From: Raillietiella orientalis
Lineage: Eukaryota
NCBI GenBank assembly: GCA_036172245.1
Contig: JAYWIR010000014.1
Location: 1,488,001-1,552,000 of the forward strand
DNA length: 64,000 nt
Direction: 5' to 3'
In this document: positions 24,721-38,150 of the stretch, piece by piece
How positions within the stretch are numbered: the first letter of the stretch is position 1
Layout of the letters: each line of letters starts with the position of its first letter
Program-made: the position numbers and the translations under genes
The notes under the pieces: model-generated
The model's database searches: none
Seen by the model: the letters and a program-made list of their open reading frames with translations, nothing else
Told to the model about the DNA's origin: nothing

Positions 24721-25959
24721 AAGCACAACCTTGATGGAGTATGGAAAAGTGCATGGCCACACAACAAGATCTTTCAGGATTTCCTTTGTCACGGAAGATT
24801 CCATCTCAGCAAGGTGGCTTCTGCAAGGTGGAATCCGTTGTGGGCTCGAGTGAGGACTTAACGGCGAGCTGGTTTCGGAAGAGCAGTCTCCAAGGAGGCA
24901 AGTCGCTCGTGGTATCTGCGATGGATGTGCGTCAAACCCTTGAGTAACAAATGCATTCCAAATTTCAATGGCCCTCCCCTTTTCCTTCTTCGTATTTGCT
25001 GAGAAGCTCATCCCTGGCGCCTGACTTCAACCAATGACACATGATCGTGTTCCGATGGTTGCCCTGCTGTTGAGCAGTGAGGTAAATTCCTATAGGTTTC
25101 CTCTTTGCTCTGGCGTCCTGTTTTCAACTCGTTGACACGTCCTCGAAACACAGTGGGGACATGAAAGCCTTCGAAAGCTTCCTGCCCTTTCATGGTACCG
25201 GACTTTGACACGCAGAAATACCTCCCAACTCCCGCTACGAAAGGAAAAGAACGAGAGACGGTAGCAATATCCAGCGTTGATTTCTTTAATGGCGCCGCAG
25301 AGGTTGCCGCTTTTCTCGGAAGGTGCTTGCGTTGAGCATGAGCGTTAGCACTGCAGGAAGTGCAGAAGGAACGGCGATTCTGAACGCAGACCTGATGGGG
25401 CAGAGAACTGCTCCATCAGAGCTGCGGGACACATGCGAGAATGCATACGGGGAGCATCATCCACTGCTAAATCCATGGAATGCTTCTCTCGTGATCCAAA
25501 AGTCCTCTCCTCCTCTGCGGCCTGCTTCATGAAAACTCCTCTCAACCGCAAGATCAGCCTCACGGACTCATCCTCGAAAACGTGGCCCCCCATCTTAAAT
25601 TCATTCCCTTGCGCATTCCTTCGGCGCTCGGGCACCTAGGACGAAACGGCGAGAGTTTGCAAAGCTTGCCGTAGCTCGCAGACCGGGAGCAGCCGTGGGC
25701 TTTCACTGCTGAAGAATGTTGCTTGCTGAAGAACCCAGTCCAGGCAATGATCGCTGAAATTCATCCTCGTGCAGAGAAATTCTCGCTTCTACACTCAGCC
25801 TGGTTCAGGATTTCTATTTTCCCCTGACTTCCGTTTCTCTTCTTCCCGACCCGATGTTCTTATCGTCCACCGGACCCAGGCAGCCCGACTCCAGCGTTCT
25901 ATGCAGTAGAGAAGACAAGCAGCGTGTCTTTGTCCGTCCCTGACACCACCAAGGACTTT

Positions 25960-25991
<32 letters not shown>

Positions 25992-26110
25992 GGGGGCGCC
26001 CCGAGATGGGGGTCCGCCCTGTGAATCCAGGAAGGGCTCGGAGTCCGTTCCTCTCACGCTCCGGGAAGGATCCTCCCCGGATGGGGGGGGATCGCACCTC
26101 CCACCCTGGT

Positions 26111-26327
26111 TGTCTCCGAAGGGGAACCCCGAAGGGAATCTCCTTCCTCATTCTATCCGGAGGGACACCCCCTTCAATGGGGAGGGGCTGTCCTCTCCTT
26201 TTCAACTTCTCCGAAGGGAACCCGGAAAGGATCCGCTTGTAGGAATTTCTTCTCTGGAGGGAACCCTCGAGGGAACCGCTCCTGTTCACTCCTCTGAAGA
26301 GAACCCCGAAGGGACGCTTCCGAAACT
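26111..26327 (+). repeat. Dispersed repeat with internal ~40-bp tandem units, copy 1 (about 5 units)
   Basis: Units such as tctccgaagggaaccccgaagggaa... recur. cctctgaagagaaccccgaagggacgcttcc is near-identical to sequence at ~51430. Confidence 0.75.
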
Positions 26328-26949
26328 CAGAAGGGGCGCTACAGCTTCCCGCAGGGAATCGCTCTCGCTTGCTTCCTTGCACTCTGTGAAGAGGCGACGA
26401 CTCGAAGGGTCCTCCCCGCAACAGGGGGTCCTCTCCTTTGAACAACTGGAAAGGTGCCCATGAGGACTCCTGCTCCATCTTGAAACCGGACGCGGTCCCC
26501 CAACAAGGACTTTTCTCGTCGAGATTACCATTTTCACGAGCTCTGGCGGTGTCTTCCTGGTGTGTCGCAGTTTCTGGAGCCACAGATTTCAGCACAGAAC
26601 ACACTGAGCTTGCTACCTGAATGCATGTTTCCTTTAAATTGTCTCTCAAGGAAGACTCCCTCTTTTGTTGCTGCTTTCAGTGATTTTCTTCTGGAACTGC
26701 TTGGAAACGCTGGGATACGGGACACATGATTGTGGTTCCTTTTCCTGCGGGTTCCATCTACCTTCTCCTGCCGATGCACATAAAAGTTTAGCCCTTGTTG
26801 AACAATAATGCCTGATGACAGTCACCCAATGCAGAAGAGAGGTTTCATGTTTGGAGTGGTCTGTTATTGATTTTTCCTGCAAGAGTGCTTTTTGTTTAGG
26901 AGACACCGAAAATCGGTCGATTTTGCTTCTGGCCGCTTCCACCAAGGTG

Positions 26950-27060
26950 GCCGAGAACTGGACAAGCCCAGTCTTCTGGAAAGCGCCAGTAGAAGAAGCT
27001 TTTGGGGTCATCTTCTGGGGTCATCGCCGCTCTTGCTCGTAGATGCTTTTCCTTTTGGAA
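26950..27060 (-). mobile_element. Possible pogo/Tigger-like transposase C-terminal relic
   Basis: Minus-strand MTPKASSTGAFQKTGLVQF resembles the TpxnixsgFxktGixPf motif. No other supporting motif was found. Confidence 0.2.
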
Positions 27061-30000
27061 GGCTTAGCACCGTTGCTTACCTGAAGACACTTACCAGCGC
27101 TCTCAACTCAACTCATCGGAACGGTTGGTCCTGGCTAGCTCTGCCTTCTGGGTTTCGCCTTCGTCGCAGTTTCCGGGAAGGAGTCTTCCCTTCCTTCTCT
27201 CCCGAACACTTCGAACGGGTGTCCTGTTCGCAGGGACGGGAATGGCTCCTCTTCGTTTCGGTCTGTGGTCACGTTGCAACAGCTCTTTCTCATGCGCCCG
27301 CTTGGTTTCCGACTCACGCACTGCAGTGGGTCACTCGCATTTCGCTAGCTTTTCGCCTCTTCCGACCTTGCTAGCCTGGAAATTCGAGAGGGATCGGGAG
27401 GCTTTCAGACTGTCTGCCCACTTCTAGGGAGAGAGTGTCCACGCCTGTTCGCGATTCTGGGTGGCCGTTACTGGCTCCTAAGAAGGTGAACTCTAAAAGA
27501 GCAGCGAAATTGACCACTGAAAGCCTAACAGGGCATGGCATGAGGCATCTTCCGGGTCACCTCTACGAGCTTTGAGATTGCTGAGGAATTGCAGAAGACC
27601 TCAGTTGTCGACCACTCCCGTGGCACCCCTCAGCTTCCAGCTGAAGATCAATTTGGATATAATGGGCTTGCGGCGCCGAAGCATCAGAGAGAAGGCGGGT
27701 GTTGGGCTCATCCCGCCTTCCCTCTGCCCTCGGAGGAGCCGCAGAGCCACCTGAACAATTCCCTTTCCCTCAGAAGAGCAAGCTGAGCTCGGAGGAGGAG
27801 CAGACAACCCTTAATCCCACCTCCCACTGTCGAAAAGGTGGGCTGCGGTCACGAGTCGAGCCGTGAAGATTCCAGAGATCGCTCCTTCAGGTGAAACTTT
27901 CTTGGGCAGAGGAAAGCTGGCACCTTAGGTTTGGGGCCCCTTTCCTTTTGGATTCCTTACCTCGGTTTGGGGCTTTCAGGCTCTTCAGACGTCGCCGTAG
28001 GGAAGGGAGCGTTGAGCGGAGAACGCCTCTTCCATCGCTTAGCATCGCGAATTGCTGCGGGAAATCGGACGGTGTCGAGAGCGGCGGGACAGTCGGTCTG
28101 GAGGATGCTCTCCTGACGGCGATCGGCAACTACCTTCATCCGTTGGAAGAGCAACGACCTCTGCCCTCTGCGAATGGGTGCACACGCTCGGTCATCTAGG
28201 GGATGAGCATGCACAATGGGAAACGGCAGCGGCCACAGCCTGGAGAGCATTCCAAAATCGGAGTAGGGAAAGCCAGCAGCCAACTGAGCGGGAAACGCAC
28301 TCCTGGGAGCTCCGAGCTCTGAGACTAGGGACTCCTAGTTCCCTCTAAGACTTCTGGGAACCACGCGCCGGATCTTCCTTCGAGGATCTTGCGGCGTCTC
28401 CCGTTGATCCGCTTCCACTGGAAGGAAGACGCGAGACGAGTCTCTGTCTTTGCTTCCCTTCCGGTCTTCGCCTTCTCCCAGGACCAGAAGCGGTCTCTGG
28501 AGACGAGCCCTTGGGGTTTGGATCCCGGCCACTTACTAGGAACTCAGACGAGGATGGTTTCCTCAGGAAGAGGCGCTCTCTGCTCTCATCGCCGCCGGTC
28601 GTAGTCTCGGCTGCCATGCTGGGATCAATCGTTTCCGCAGCACTCGCAACGCGCCACCTGGAAGGCGTCCCAATCTGGGGGCTACCAAAGAGAGGCGATC
28701 CTTCTTTCTTCCTCGAAGGAGGGGAGAATCCGTCGGCCCTGGGAGGCTCCCGGAAGTGCGTACAAGAAGCAGATGGGTTCTGGGAGTCCTCCCTTTGAAA
28801 GGGAGGAAAGGGAGAGTGATGCTTTTCGTCACGACGATGAGGAAAGGGAAGGGAGGACCGTCTTTTTTTGGAGATAACCCTTCCCTCAGAGAAATTCCCG
28901 ACGTTGCGGTCAAGCATTCCACGGGTAGAGCGCACTGGAAGAGAACCCGCATGTTATTCCCCTATGAGAGGTCGTGCACGTCTCACGACCTCTCACAAAG
29001 AAGGCGAGCCGCGAGGTGATGGCATCAGCGTCTCTTAGCAGCGACAGGGAAAAGCATCACTCCTCGAGTTCTTTGCGGCGAGATGGCGGGAAAAAAGACA
29101 TGCACATGTGGAGGGGATGGAGTGGGAAGGGAGAAAGGGAGGGGGATTTTTCTGGGGATTAGGAACCGACTGAGGTGGGAGTGAGGAAAACAGTAATGGT
29201 GGCCGGTGGCTAAAAGGCTGAAGAGGAAGCAGTGGATGCGACGTACAGAAACCCCTCTTCATGCTGAGGCCTTTCAGACATCTGAGAACGCATCCCTGGC
29301 AGTGGTTTTCTTGCTGGTAGTCACTGAGAATCGCAGATACCTACCACATTGACCATGCGCTGCCATCTGAGGAGGACATCGTGCGCGCCCGATGCGTGCA
29401 CGGCAAGGCGTGGTGCGAATTCTGCGAGGTTTTTCTGAGAAAGAGGGTGCCGCTGCTAGGATGCAGCAAATCACTGGACGGGACTCAGGGCTGCGATCGG
29501 AGAGGAGGGCTGCGGGAACGCGTTGCTGCCACTTGGTCGTGCAGCGACCTCTGCAGGAAGGTTTGCATGCCTCGGCGTGTAACAAGGGAGGCGATCTTAT
29601 GACAGCAGCGGGTCACCTATTGCTTGATGGAACTCCCAGCATTCCTGCATAGGCCGTGGAGGAACGCCGGACGTGAGGTTCCTGAACCTACCGAGAACCG
29701 GGTGAACTAATCCCCTTGTGGTCTCAGCCAAGAGGAGCTCTCAGCTTCCCTTTTAACAGCAGGGGTGGAATACTCATCCTTCCGAACCCCGTTCCTTAGG
29801 CATCCATCAGACATCCTGCTTCCCTACGCAGAAACCAAAATTCCCTCTATTACACGAAGACCAAGGAACGCCTTCTCAGACCCGACAGCACTCCAGCACG
29901 TGCATCCGACCCGAGTGGACCTCGCAACAGTGGGGAGCTGAAGGTGAATTTCAGGTCCTCTTCGTCCTCGTCTACGACCGATTATCCGTTCGCCGTCGGG

Positions 30001-30414
30001 ACCCTGGATGAGACAGTCACTCTTTTAATCGCACTTGACAACGACCTTCTCCCCCGCAGCGTCCCTCGCAGCGCTCCGTCCTTCAGATCATTCGGTGCAT
30101 TCGCACATCTCTCGTCATCAAGGCGTCCGGTCCTTTGTGTTAGTCTGCTCGCAGCATTGAAGAAGACATGGCGCGTCACGGCCATCTCGTCAGACTCCTC
30201 GAAGAACGACACGGGCTGATGCTGTGGCACGTCTTTGGGTAGGAACTCTCTTCCCTTTGAGCCACACCCCCTCGAGGTTGAAATAGAGGAACCCCACTGC
30301 TCTGGAAAACCCCCAAAGCGAACTCCGTGTCGGATGAAAAGATTCCGGTGACTGTTAAGCAGTCCCTACCGGTCTAGATGGACCTGTCGAAGCGGTTTTC
30401 CCATGGCAGGTGGA

Positions 30415-31250
30415 TTCTCACCTGGGTACGCCGGAGTGTTTATTTATAAATTAAATAAACATTTACCATTTCTGTGGTTGCACCGGTGTTCCAACCCCGT
30501 CCTTTTTTGATCTAACCTGACGCGTTACCGATGAGCAGACCGGTGAGGTCCGCCTCGGCAGCAGCGGAAGGACGGGGAGGAAAGGAGGGCTAACAAGAAG
30601 AAAAAGAAAATAAGCAAAGAGGGTGGGGTGGGGAAGTGCGATAAAGGATCACTGTCTGCTGGGAGCGGTCCTCTGCATCCTTTGGAGGATGCTGGCAAGG
30701 TCTTGCTGGATATTGCCGTCCAGGTGAGACCATCTTTGCCGCCCTCATGAATCGAACGGCGAAGTGGATGGCATCCCTATTTCTAGTTCCCCCACTTGCA
30801 TCGCTGCTTGGAGCGACACAAGATCTCGCGTAGGCAGCAGAGAGCTGCTAAAAAGGCTGCCGGCCGAAGTGCGTCGCGTAAAGGGGCCGAGGAGGGGCCG
30901 TAAAGCGTCATTGTAGTTGTCGCCGAGAGGTTCCAAGGGTCGCGGCAAAGCGTCCCCAGAGGGACTAGAGGGCAACACAGTCCAATAGGAGGTGGGGGAG
31001 GGGTTCCCGCTCCCCTCACCTGGCACAGTTCGGGTCCACAACACCCGTGTCTAGTGATGCCGGCGAGCGTTGCACGGGAGGTCTCAGTGCAACAGTATCA
31101 GCGCCGAGTCCTGTGACTTCAATGGGAAGGTATGTCTGTCCAAAAGCGCTGGGGGTCTCCTCCGAAACACCCAGTAACACTCCCCAGAGCAAAAGTCTTC
31201 GTGAAGGGACACTTGAGGTCGCAGCTTCCGTTATCTAGCCCGTCGTCCAC
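30415..31250 (+). repeat. Diverged dispersed repeat, copy 1 (possible LTR-retroelement LTR end/leader/gag relic)
   Basis: Colinear blocks shared with 37365-38150: gtttatt, aacctgacg, ggcagc, aaaggatcac, tgcatccttt, gatgg..tccctat, agagctgct, ggcaacacagtc, gggtccaca, gcacgggagg, ccccagagca. Confidence 0.7.
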
Positions 31251-34200
31251 TCGCCCAGTCCTTTTCTCCTTCCAGAGATGCTCATGCTAACCTCCCATCT
31301 AGCCGCAAGGATGCTGCCCATGTATTCCCTGAGGGAGGGCAGCACTGCAGCGAGGGAGGTTCTTATTGCTCACGCACTCTTCGCGGGATCTTCCAGGATC
31401 TCCCGGAGAGAGCAGTTGTAAAAACAGTGCAGCAAGCGCTGAGCCTGCTCCGAACACGGCGCCTTTTGTTCGCCCACGTGCGAACGGTTTCCCGTAACTA
31501 GGCACTACCGTTCACAACTCATGTTCTTCCTGGTGAGCTTTCTTCGTGGCAGCTGGAGGGCTCCCAGAAGTGCCGCCCGGGCTCGGTTCGAGCCACTCCC
31601 GTGTCCGTTTCGATGGAGCAGAGGCGGTGCTCTGGATGCCTTCCCGGACAGGTCTTCCTCAGTGTCGTTCTCCGGAGGCACCGATCAAGGCCAGTTGCCA
31701 TTACGCCGACTACTCGATGATCAGTTGCCCTGGTGACGCGGCGTTCCGGCCGGAACCGCAGTTTCCCTCGGAACAAGACCACTGGCTCCCCCCCCCCCTC
31801 CCCGGTCGATGCTTCTCTCCGGGCGTATCATCGGACGACTCACATCGGAGGAAACGCCATCGCGTACGGCGGAGGTCCGGAGAGCCTCCGCAAACTCTGC
31901 GATAGTTTCTCCAGCAGACTGCTGTTGCCGAAGCATTGAACTCTGGCAAACGACCTCTGCATCGGCCGCCCCATGAACGAGACGTTGCCACAACAATTAC
32001 TCACCACGTGTTTGACAGTTCCCTGGTGGAAGGTTTCTGTTACGAACCGTGTAAAAAAAAAAAAAAAAAAAAGAACCGACTGGTGTCCCTCCTCCCCCTC
32101 CCCTCCCAAGAGGAAGTTTTTATTTGCATAACAATTCGCTGCAATCCGTGGCTCCTTTGGTTCGTGACTGGAAACGCGCAGATGAGAATTCCGTGAATGA
32201 GAATGAAACAAAGAAATTTCCAATAAATAAAATCCGAAAGGCCGGCTCCTCTTCTGGCTCCATTTGCCAACCGTTCGCGAGTTGCTCGGGAGCCCCTCCG
32301 CTGCTGCTGAGAAGTCTAACGAGGAAGTCGTCCTCTGAGACGGCTTCCCGCTGGAAGCAAATACTTTGCGTCCCTCCGCTCTGCACCCAACTCTCCGAAC
32401 GTTGCCCGAGCGCCTAGCAGCACATCCGCATCCTAAATACGTCAATGCGGTTTTTTTTTTTGGGGGGGGGGGGATGACAAATAGAGAAGAGGAAGAAGAA
32501 GAAAGGTCCGAATCGGGAATTTTCACGTGCTCTCCCTTGCGGAAGTGTTTCTCATGTCCTCACTGTAGCTGAAACAAACGATCGGCGTGCGTCGTGGTTT
32601 CAGGAAGCAGACTTGGTGCACGAAAGGTAAAAACAAACAAGCAAAAACACACACAAACACAAAAAGGGGGGGGGGGAGGAGGGCACAAAAAGCACCTCCG
32701 TGAGGATGCGGAATATGGTACCGGGGATATCCTCCTGGAGAGCTGATATGACCTCTCTGGTCCTTCTTCTTTCGGATGAGAAACAACGTTGAATTCCTTT
32801 TCTGCACACTTCGCATATCGGGCAAGGGCCCTGTCCCTTTTCGATGCTGGAGATCGGATTCGCAACTGGAGTGTTTGGGCTACGGACCCCGAGGAAGCCT
32901 GAAAGGTTCCCATTTCTTGGAATTTCATCTATGAGAAAGATGCCACGCACCGGTTGGGCCTCATAGGGGAGATGCGAGTAATTTATGAAGTTGGAAATGA
33001 TTAACCATGATGACGTCATGGTCCAGTTCAACGAATGCTCAACTTTTGCGGCTGCAGAATAAAGAGCATTCGAATTTCAGAGTGACCTGTGTTCTCTGGA
33101 GGGAAGGACGGCATCAGATTTATGTTTTCTTTTGATGCTGCATTAAATGAGAAGCCTTCGTGATTTTCTCTCCTTAGCATTTATCAATGCCATCTATGAG
33201 AATTCTCATAAAGCACACGCAGTGGAAATTGTTTATCAATAAAAAGTACGCGCTTGTTTTTCCACCATAAACACTCAGCTGCCTCTCTTTGTTTCTTATG
33301 AGGCATCGTCATAATCCCCGAGCGGATACATTGGGGAAAAAATAAGCGACTTCCTGTCGGTGTTGACATTGTCAACTGTGGTAAACCATTTTTATTAATT
33401 ATGCCATTCGTTAGTCCATTGAAAATAAATTCGAAAAAAAAATAAAGGAGAGAGAATTCTTTTCGAATTTCTTCTCTATTCGTTTATTTACCAAGCTTTT
33501 TTTCCTCTCCCTCTCTCTCTCTCTTCAATTTTCAGCCTTTGCCGACTTGTTTTACTTTTCCGCCAGAAGAGCCCAACTAAGCGCGTGCAAGAGGGAGCAC
33601 CGACTAGCGATGGGAAGCATCATCATCATCATCATCCGTTCAGAAAAAGCGCACTCATTCTTGCGACAATCTCATGCCGTTTGCCGTTTTTCAAGCATTA
33701 GGTTACCAGGCAACGGAGTCAGTCGGGCTTGGAACAAGTTTGGGCAGAAAACGAAGGACCGTCGTCTCACGATTCTTACGGGGGAACTCGGGTGTTCTTT
33801 CCTTGATTTATGGAGCAGTTCCACGAGTTTAATTGACCCTCTTGGCTGCGCGGCAAAGCAAGACAAAACAAAGAGAGAGATGACGAAGGCGGGAGAGATC
33901 CGCCGCCTCCCCGGCCTTCTGTTTCCCCGTCGCCACGATTTCCGATCGGGATCGCACGGGGGATCGCGCATGAGGAAGATGGGTGCTCACCTCAGCTCGG
34001 ACCCGGAGCGATCCCCGCTTCTCCTGGACCTGGGTAACTCCCTGGGCCGGAGAGCGAGGGTTTTGCAAGCCCGAAAATGGCTCCACCCGCTCGCGCGCAC
34101 GCGCGCTATCGCTTGCGACACCCCCCTCAGCGCGGAAAGGTCGCCTCCGTCACTCCGCCAGCAGGCGCGACCTTCCGCGTCGCCTCCAAACGTAGATGGG

Positions 34201-37200
34201 GTCCCAGTTCGACCGCGGAGGGTATGACCGCGGATGGCGGACGAGTTGGCTCGCTTAGGGGGGAGGAGAAGAGGACGTCTCTGGAGCCTCGGGACAGGAC
34301 ACGTATGGAGCCGCTTCCCCAGAGGGGAAGGGTCTCGCGAAGATGGGGACACCCTACCCACCATCTGCGTGGTGAGCGGTGGCCGCGCATCCGACCCGAA
34401 TGCGACCAGAGCGGCGAAAGCGGCAAGCGGCCGCGACCCCACGATGTAGCGCAGGAGGAGGTGGACAGCTACCGAAAGAGAAGGGCGGGGGAGGATTCCC
34501 TGGAGAGACTCTGGGAACCGAACCAGCGCAACGGAAAGACACGATCGCCCCCCGGGATCGCGACCCGAGTGCCCTTGATTTGGGAATTCCTGGAGTTCCA
34601 GAAACGGCGGCAGTTCGGACAGCGCCCTCCCTTCGACGAAGCTGGGATGGCCACGTTCCAGAACGCGAACCGGGCGGAAAGAGAGGATGCGTGTTCCCGG
34701 AGGCCTCGCCCAGGAGAGCTGAGTTTGATCGGATCGACCGCGGACCGTCCCCAGATGTGATCTGGAAAGGATGCATGAGGGGGCTGGAAGGAAATGCTGG
34801 TGTCCCCCCACGCAGCGTCACGTGCGGGACCTCTCTCGAAAGCGGCGATGAGTTCGCTGGAAACGGACTCGCGCTCACCAAGGCGTCCTCCTCAGTCGTG
34901 ATCTCGCGGGCTCGCCGGGGGTTGCCACGCGACACTGTGAAGGGACCGAGGTTGGATGGGGTGGGAAGAGGAACCGAGCTCCTTCGTGCCTCGAGAAGGG
35001 ATCTCCCTTCCGGGAAGCGCGATTTTCTGGCAGGAACCACCTCCCCTTCCCGACCGTTGCGGTCTCCTGACCCACGGCAGAAAGCGGTGGCCTTCCAGAG
35101 CGGGGCGTGCGCGTAGGATGGGTGTCCACCTACAGGAGGAGGCGGCGACAGCGGGTCTCCCCGGGAGGATCTTTTTAAAGAGGTCGGGGATCGGACGGCA
35201 TCCTCGTTGCTTCCTCAGTCTCCCTTCTCGGGGAGAGGAGGAGGGAGGGAGGCAAGGAAGGAGTGCGGAAGCTCTCCTTTGGGTGGGGAGTCCCCTCAGT
35301 TCAGGATCCCTAAGGATAGGTGCAAGATGTAGCGGGTGAGGCGGTGCTTCCCTTCCCGTCTTTTCTCGGCAGATCCTTCGCTCCGTCCCTTCCCAGCTCG
35401 GTCACCATGCTGGCTCGAGGACCCCGTATTCGGGAGCTGCCTAAGGATGGTGGGAATCTCCGCCCCCTCCCACGCGCGAACAAACCCGGAGCGTAGCCGG
35501 CCGTTTCCCCCTCTCCCGAAATCCTAGCGGTCGACCTCGATTTCCTGAGGGGTTCCCCGCTGCAATGCAAATTCCTCATGGATGCCACCCTCCTGGATCC
35601 ATCACTTCGGAGTTGGCCGGGAAGGGGCGTGGCGAAAATCTGTTGCGAGGTACGGACGGGGTGCTGGGCAGAGTGCCCTCTAGGAGTCACCGCCGAGCTC
35701 TCCTTCCTCATCTGCGTGCCCCCCCTCCTCTCCCCTCTCCGAGGAGTCGCAAGAGAAGACGGGGATCTCCGAGGAGATCAGCTGCTCGGACAGCCAGAAA
35801 TACACCTCGCACTTCGGTTCCCCAGGGAGCTCGTGCCTTGTAGATCTCACCCGGGAGAACCATGGAGGTCGGGGGCAAGACTCTGATCCCAGAGCGATCA
35901 GCATCTGGAAGAGGAAAAATATATATATCGAAGGAGCAACTGAAAAATTGGGGTCGGTGCCCTTTTTAGGGATTCGGACAGCAAATTCTTCTGCAGCAGC
36001 GTCCACCCCAACACCACCTGACCCCCCCCCGCGTGTTCGTCGGTTCCTCTGCCACAGGGGATGACAACAATACCTAAGAGCACCTACCAAAAGAGCGAAC
36101 GCCTTCGGCCAGAGGAAGCAGCGGAGATCGCACGAGCTCCTCCGCCGGCTTCGCAGGGAGCGGAGCCACAGGACTGCTGGGAGGTACTGCTGTCGAAGGA
36201 CTACCCGGAAGCTGGAGATCCTTTGCCCGTATAGAGTCCTAGGGCCTAAAAGTCACGCGTGGCGGTGGGATCCCCCTGGTAGGGTGGCCAACAAGGAGAC
36301 GCGAAAAGCAGGACGGGAGCGCGGGAACAAGGCATCATCCTCCACGGATCTCCTCCCGGAATCTGCGGAGTTGCATCCCGAACGGGGGGCTCTGGGACAC
36401 AGGTGGCCTTCGGAGTTACAAAGGTCGGAAACCGCCGCTGCTTCCTGGGAGACAGGCGCGCGTCCGGGGAAGAGCGCAACTTCTGGAGCGAGCTCGAGGC
36501 GAACGCATCCGGCAGGTCAAAGTTCCCTCCCAGAGCCCTGACCTTTCCCCTGCAGATGGCTGGCGAGAGGGCTTTGTTCATGGGCCACCGGGATTCCCGA
36601 TGCTTTTTCGCGAGGCCCTCAGAGTGCCCTTCCGTTCTCCCTGGCAAGACTCCAGGAATGCCGGAGCAATCTGAGTGGCGGTGCGGACTCGCCCGCCGAG
36701 ATGCCCCCCGAGGACCGCCAACCGCTTTCCAGCAGCACAGAATGGTTCGGGGAAGTGATATCCACCTGCTCGCGCACTCCACGAGGAAGCCTAAGAGAAG
36801 TGGCCGGACTGGAAAAAGATTGATCTCTGGACTCGTTGTTCTTCGGGAAAAGTCGACCTGGTCTTTCGACTCTGACGCCACCTCAAGACGCAACCACCTC
36901 GTGGCCCTATTCCGGGAAAAGTCCGCGAGTACCACGTAGTGCCGTCAGCTGAAGAGAAGGCCCGCGCTGGCGGCCCTGCGGTTGCGCTCTGCGCGCGGCA
37001 TCTAGCGTCACGGGTTTGACCCCAAGTGGGTGCGTCGAAGATTTCGAGTCGCAGTCGCAGGATGACTCTGGTTGGCCCCTCGATTGGCTTCGGATGCTGC
37101 GCCGGTGGCCGAGAAGTCGATCCTCCGGGTCCTTCCAGGACATCGAGGAGCCCTATGGGATTCCCCTCCGGTTGGGAAAATGGATCCATTGCCATGGAGC

Positions 37201-37253
37201 TGGTCGAAAATCCCCATCGGGGGTTGCCTCTCCAGAGTGTCAAGAGGCGCGCT

Positions 37254-37359
37254 GCTCCCTTCGGGAAGCTTCCTTCAGAGAAATTGGGAAGCGTCCCTGA
37301 AGGGCTTCTTCAGAGGAGAAAACAGGGAGCGGTTCCCTTGCGGGTTCCCTCCGTGGGGA
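37254..37359 (-). repeat. Dispersed ~40-bp-unit repeat, copy 2 (inverted, about 3 units)
   Basis: The reverse complement reads ggagggaacccgcaagggaaccgctccctgttttctcctctgaagaagcccttcagggacgcttccc, colinear with copies 1 and 3. Confidence 0.7.
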
Positions 37360-37364
37360 GTGCG

Positions 37365-38150
37365 TTTATCACTCGGTCACATCGGGGCGTTTATTATAAA
37401 AAATGATAAACATACATGTGTAGAGCCATCGGTCCTTCATTGTCCGAAAATGCTCGGAACCTGACGAGTAACAGGCATGCAGGCCGGCGAGGTTCACTTC
37501 GGCAGCGTAGGGGGGGAAGAACAAACAAAAATAAAAACAAACAAACAAACTCTGGGAAGCACGGAAAGGATCACAGTCCCTTGCATCCTTTCCAGGATAT
37601 CAGCTTTTGTGATCACATACGAATATGCCCCAGGGGGGATCATCTTGCTGCTGTTCGCAGGAAACACAGGACGAAGCAGATGGGGTCCCTATCGCACCGT
37701 TCTTCTCCACTGTAGCCGCTCCAGGCTGCCTCAATCCCTCGTAGTCAGCAGCACAGAGCTGCTGGGAATGCGGCAGGCGAAAGGGCATCGCGCACGAAGG
37801 AGCGCTTCATCACGTCCCTGGGATTGTCCGTCGGTGCACCAAGGGCAACTACCATAGGGGCCGGAGGGGCAACACAGTCTACGAGCAGGTGCGGATGCTG
37901 GGATTCCTATTCCCTGCAACTGCAACAGTTGGGGTCCACAGCCCGCCCTCGGGTTGAGTGAGACCAGCGGACGTCGCACGGGAGGCCCCAGGGCAACAGC
38001 AGAACTGCCGACTGCTGCCACTTCAGGGGGAGGGCTCGGTTGTTCTTCAGCACTGGGGGCCACTCGAAGTCTTTCTGCGGGTTTCCCGGCAGCTCCCCCC
38101 AGAGCAGTAGTTCCGTGGGAAGTGGGTGGTCCTTCCGGAGACCCACTCGT
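37365..38150 (+). repeat. Diverged dispersed repeat, copy 2 (direct orientation)
   Basis: Colinear with 30415-31250. Contains a frameshifted CWECGR..GHRAR zinc-knuckle-like remnant near 37761-37800. Confidence 0.7.

Noticed and set aside
26294..26330. CTGAAGA...CGAAAC hammerhead-ribozyme-like core in the 40-bp repeat
   Set aside because: Stems I-III cannot be formed, and the GAAA is not conserved in the other copies.
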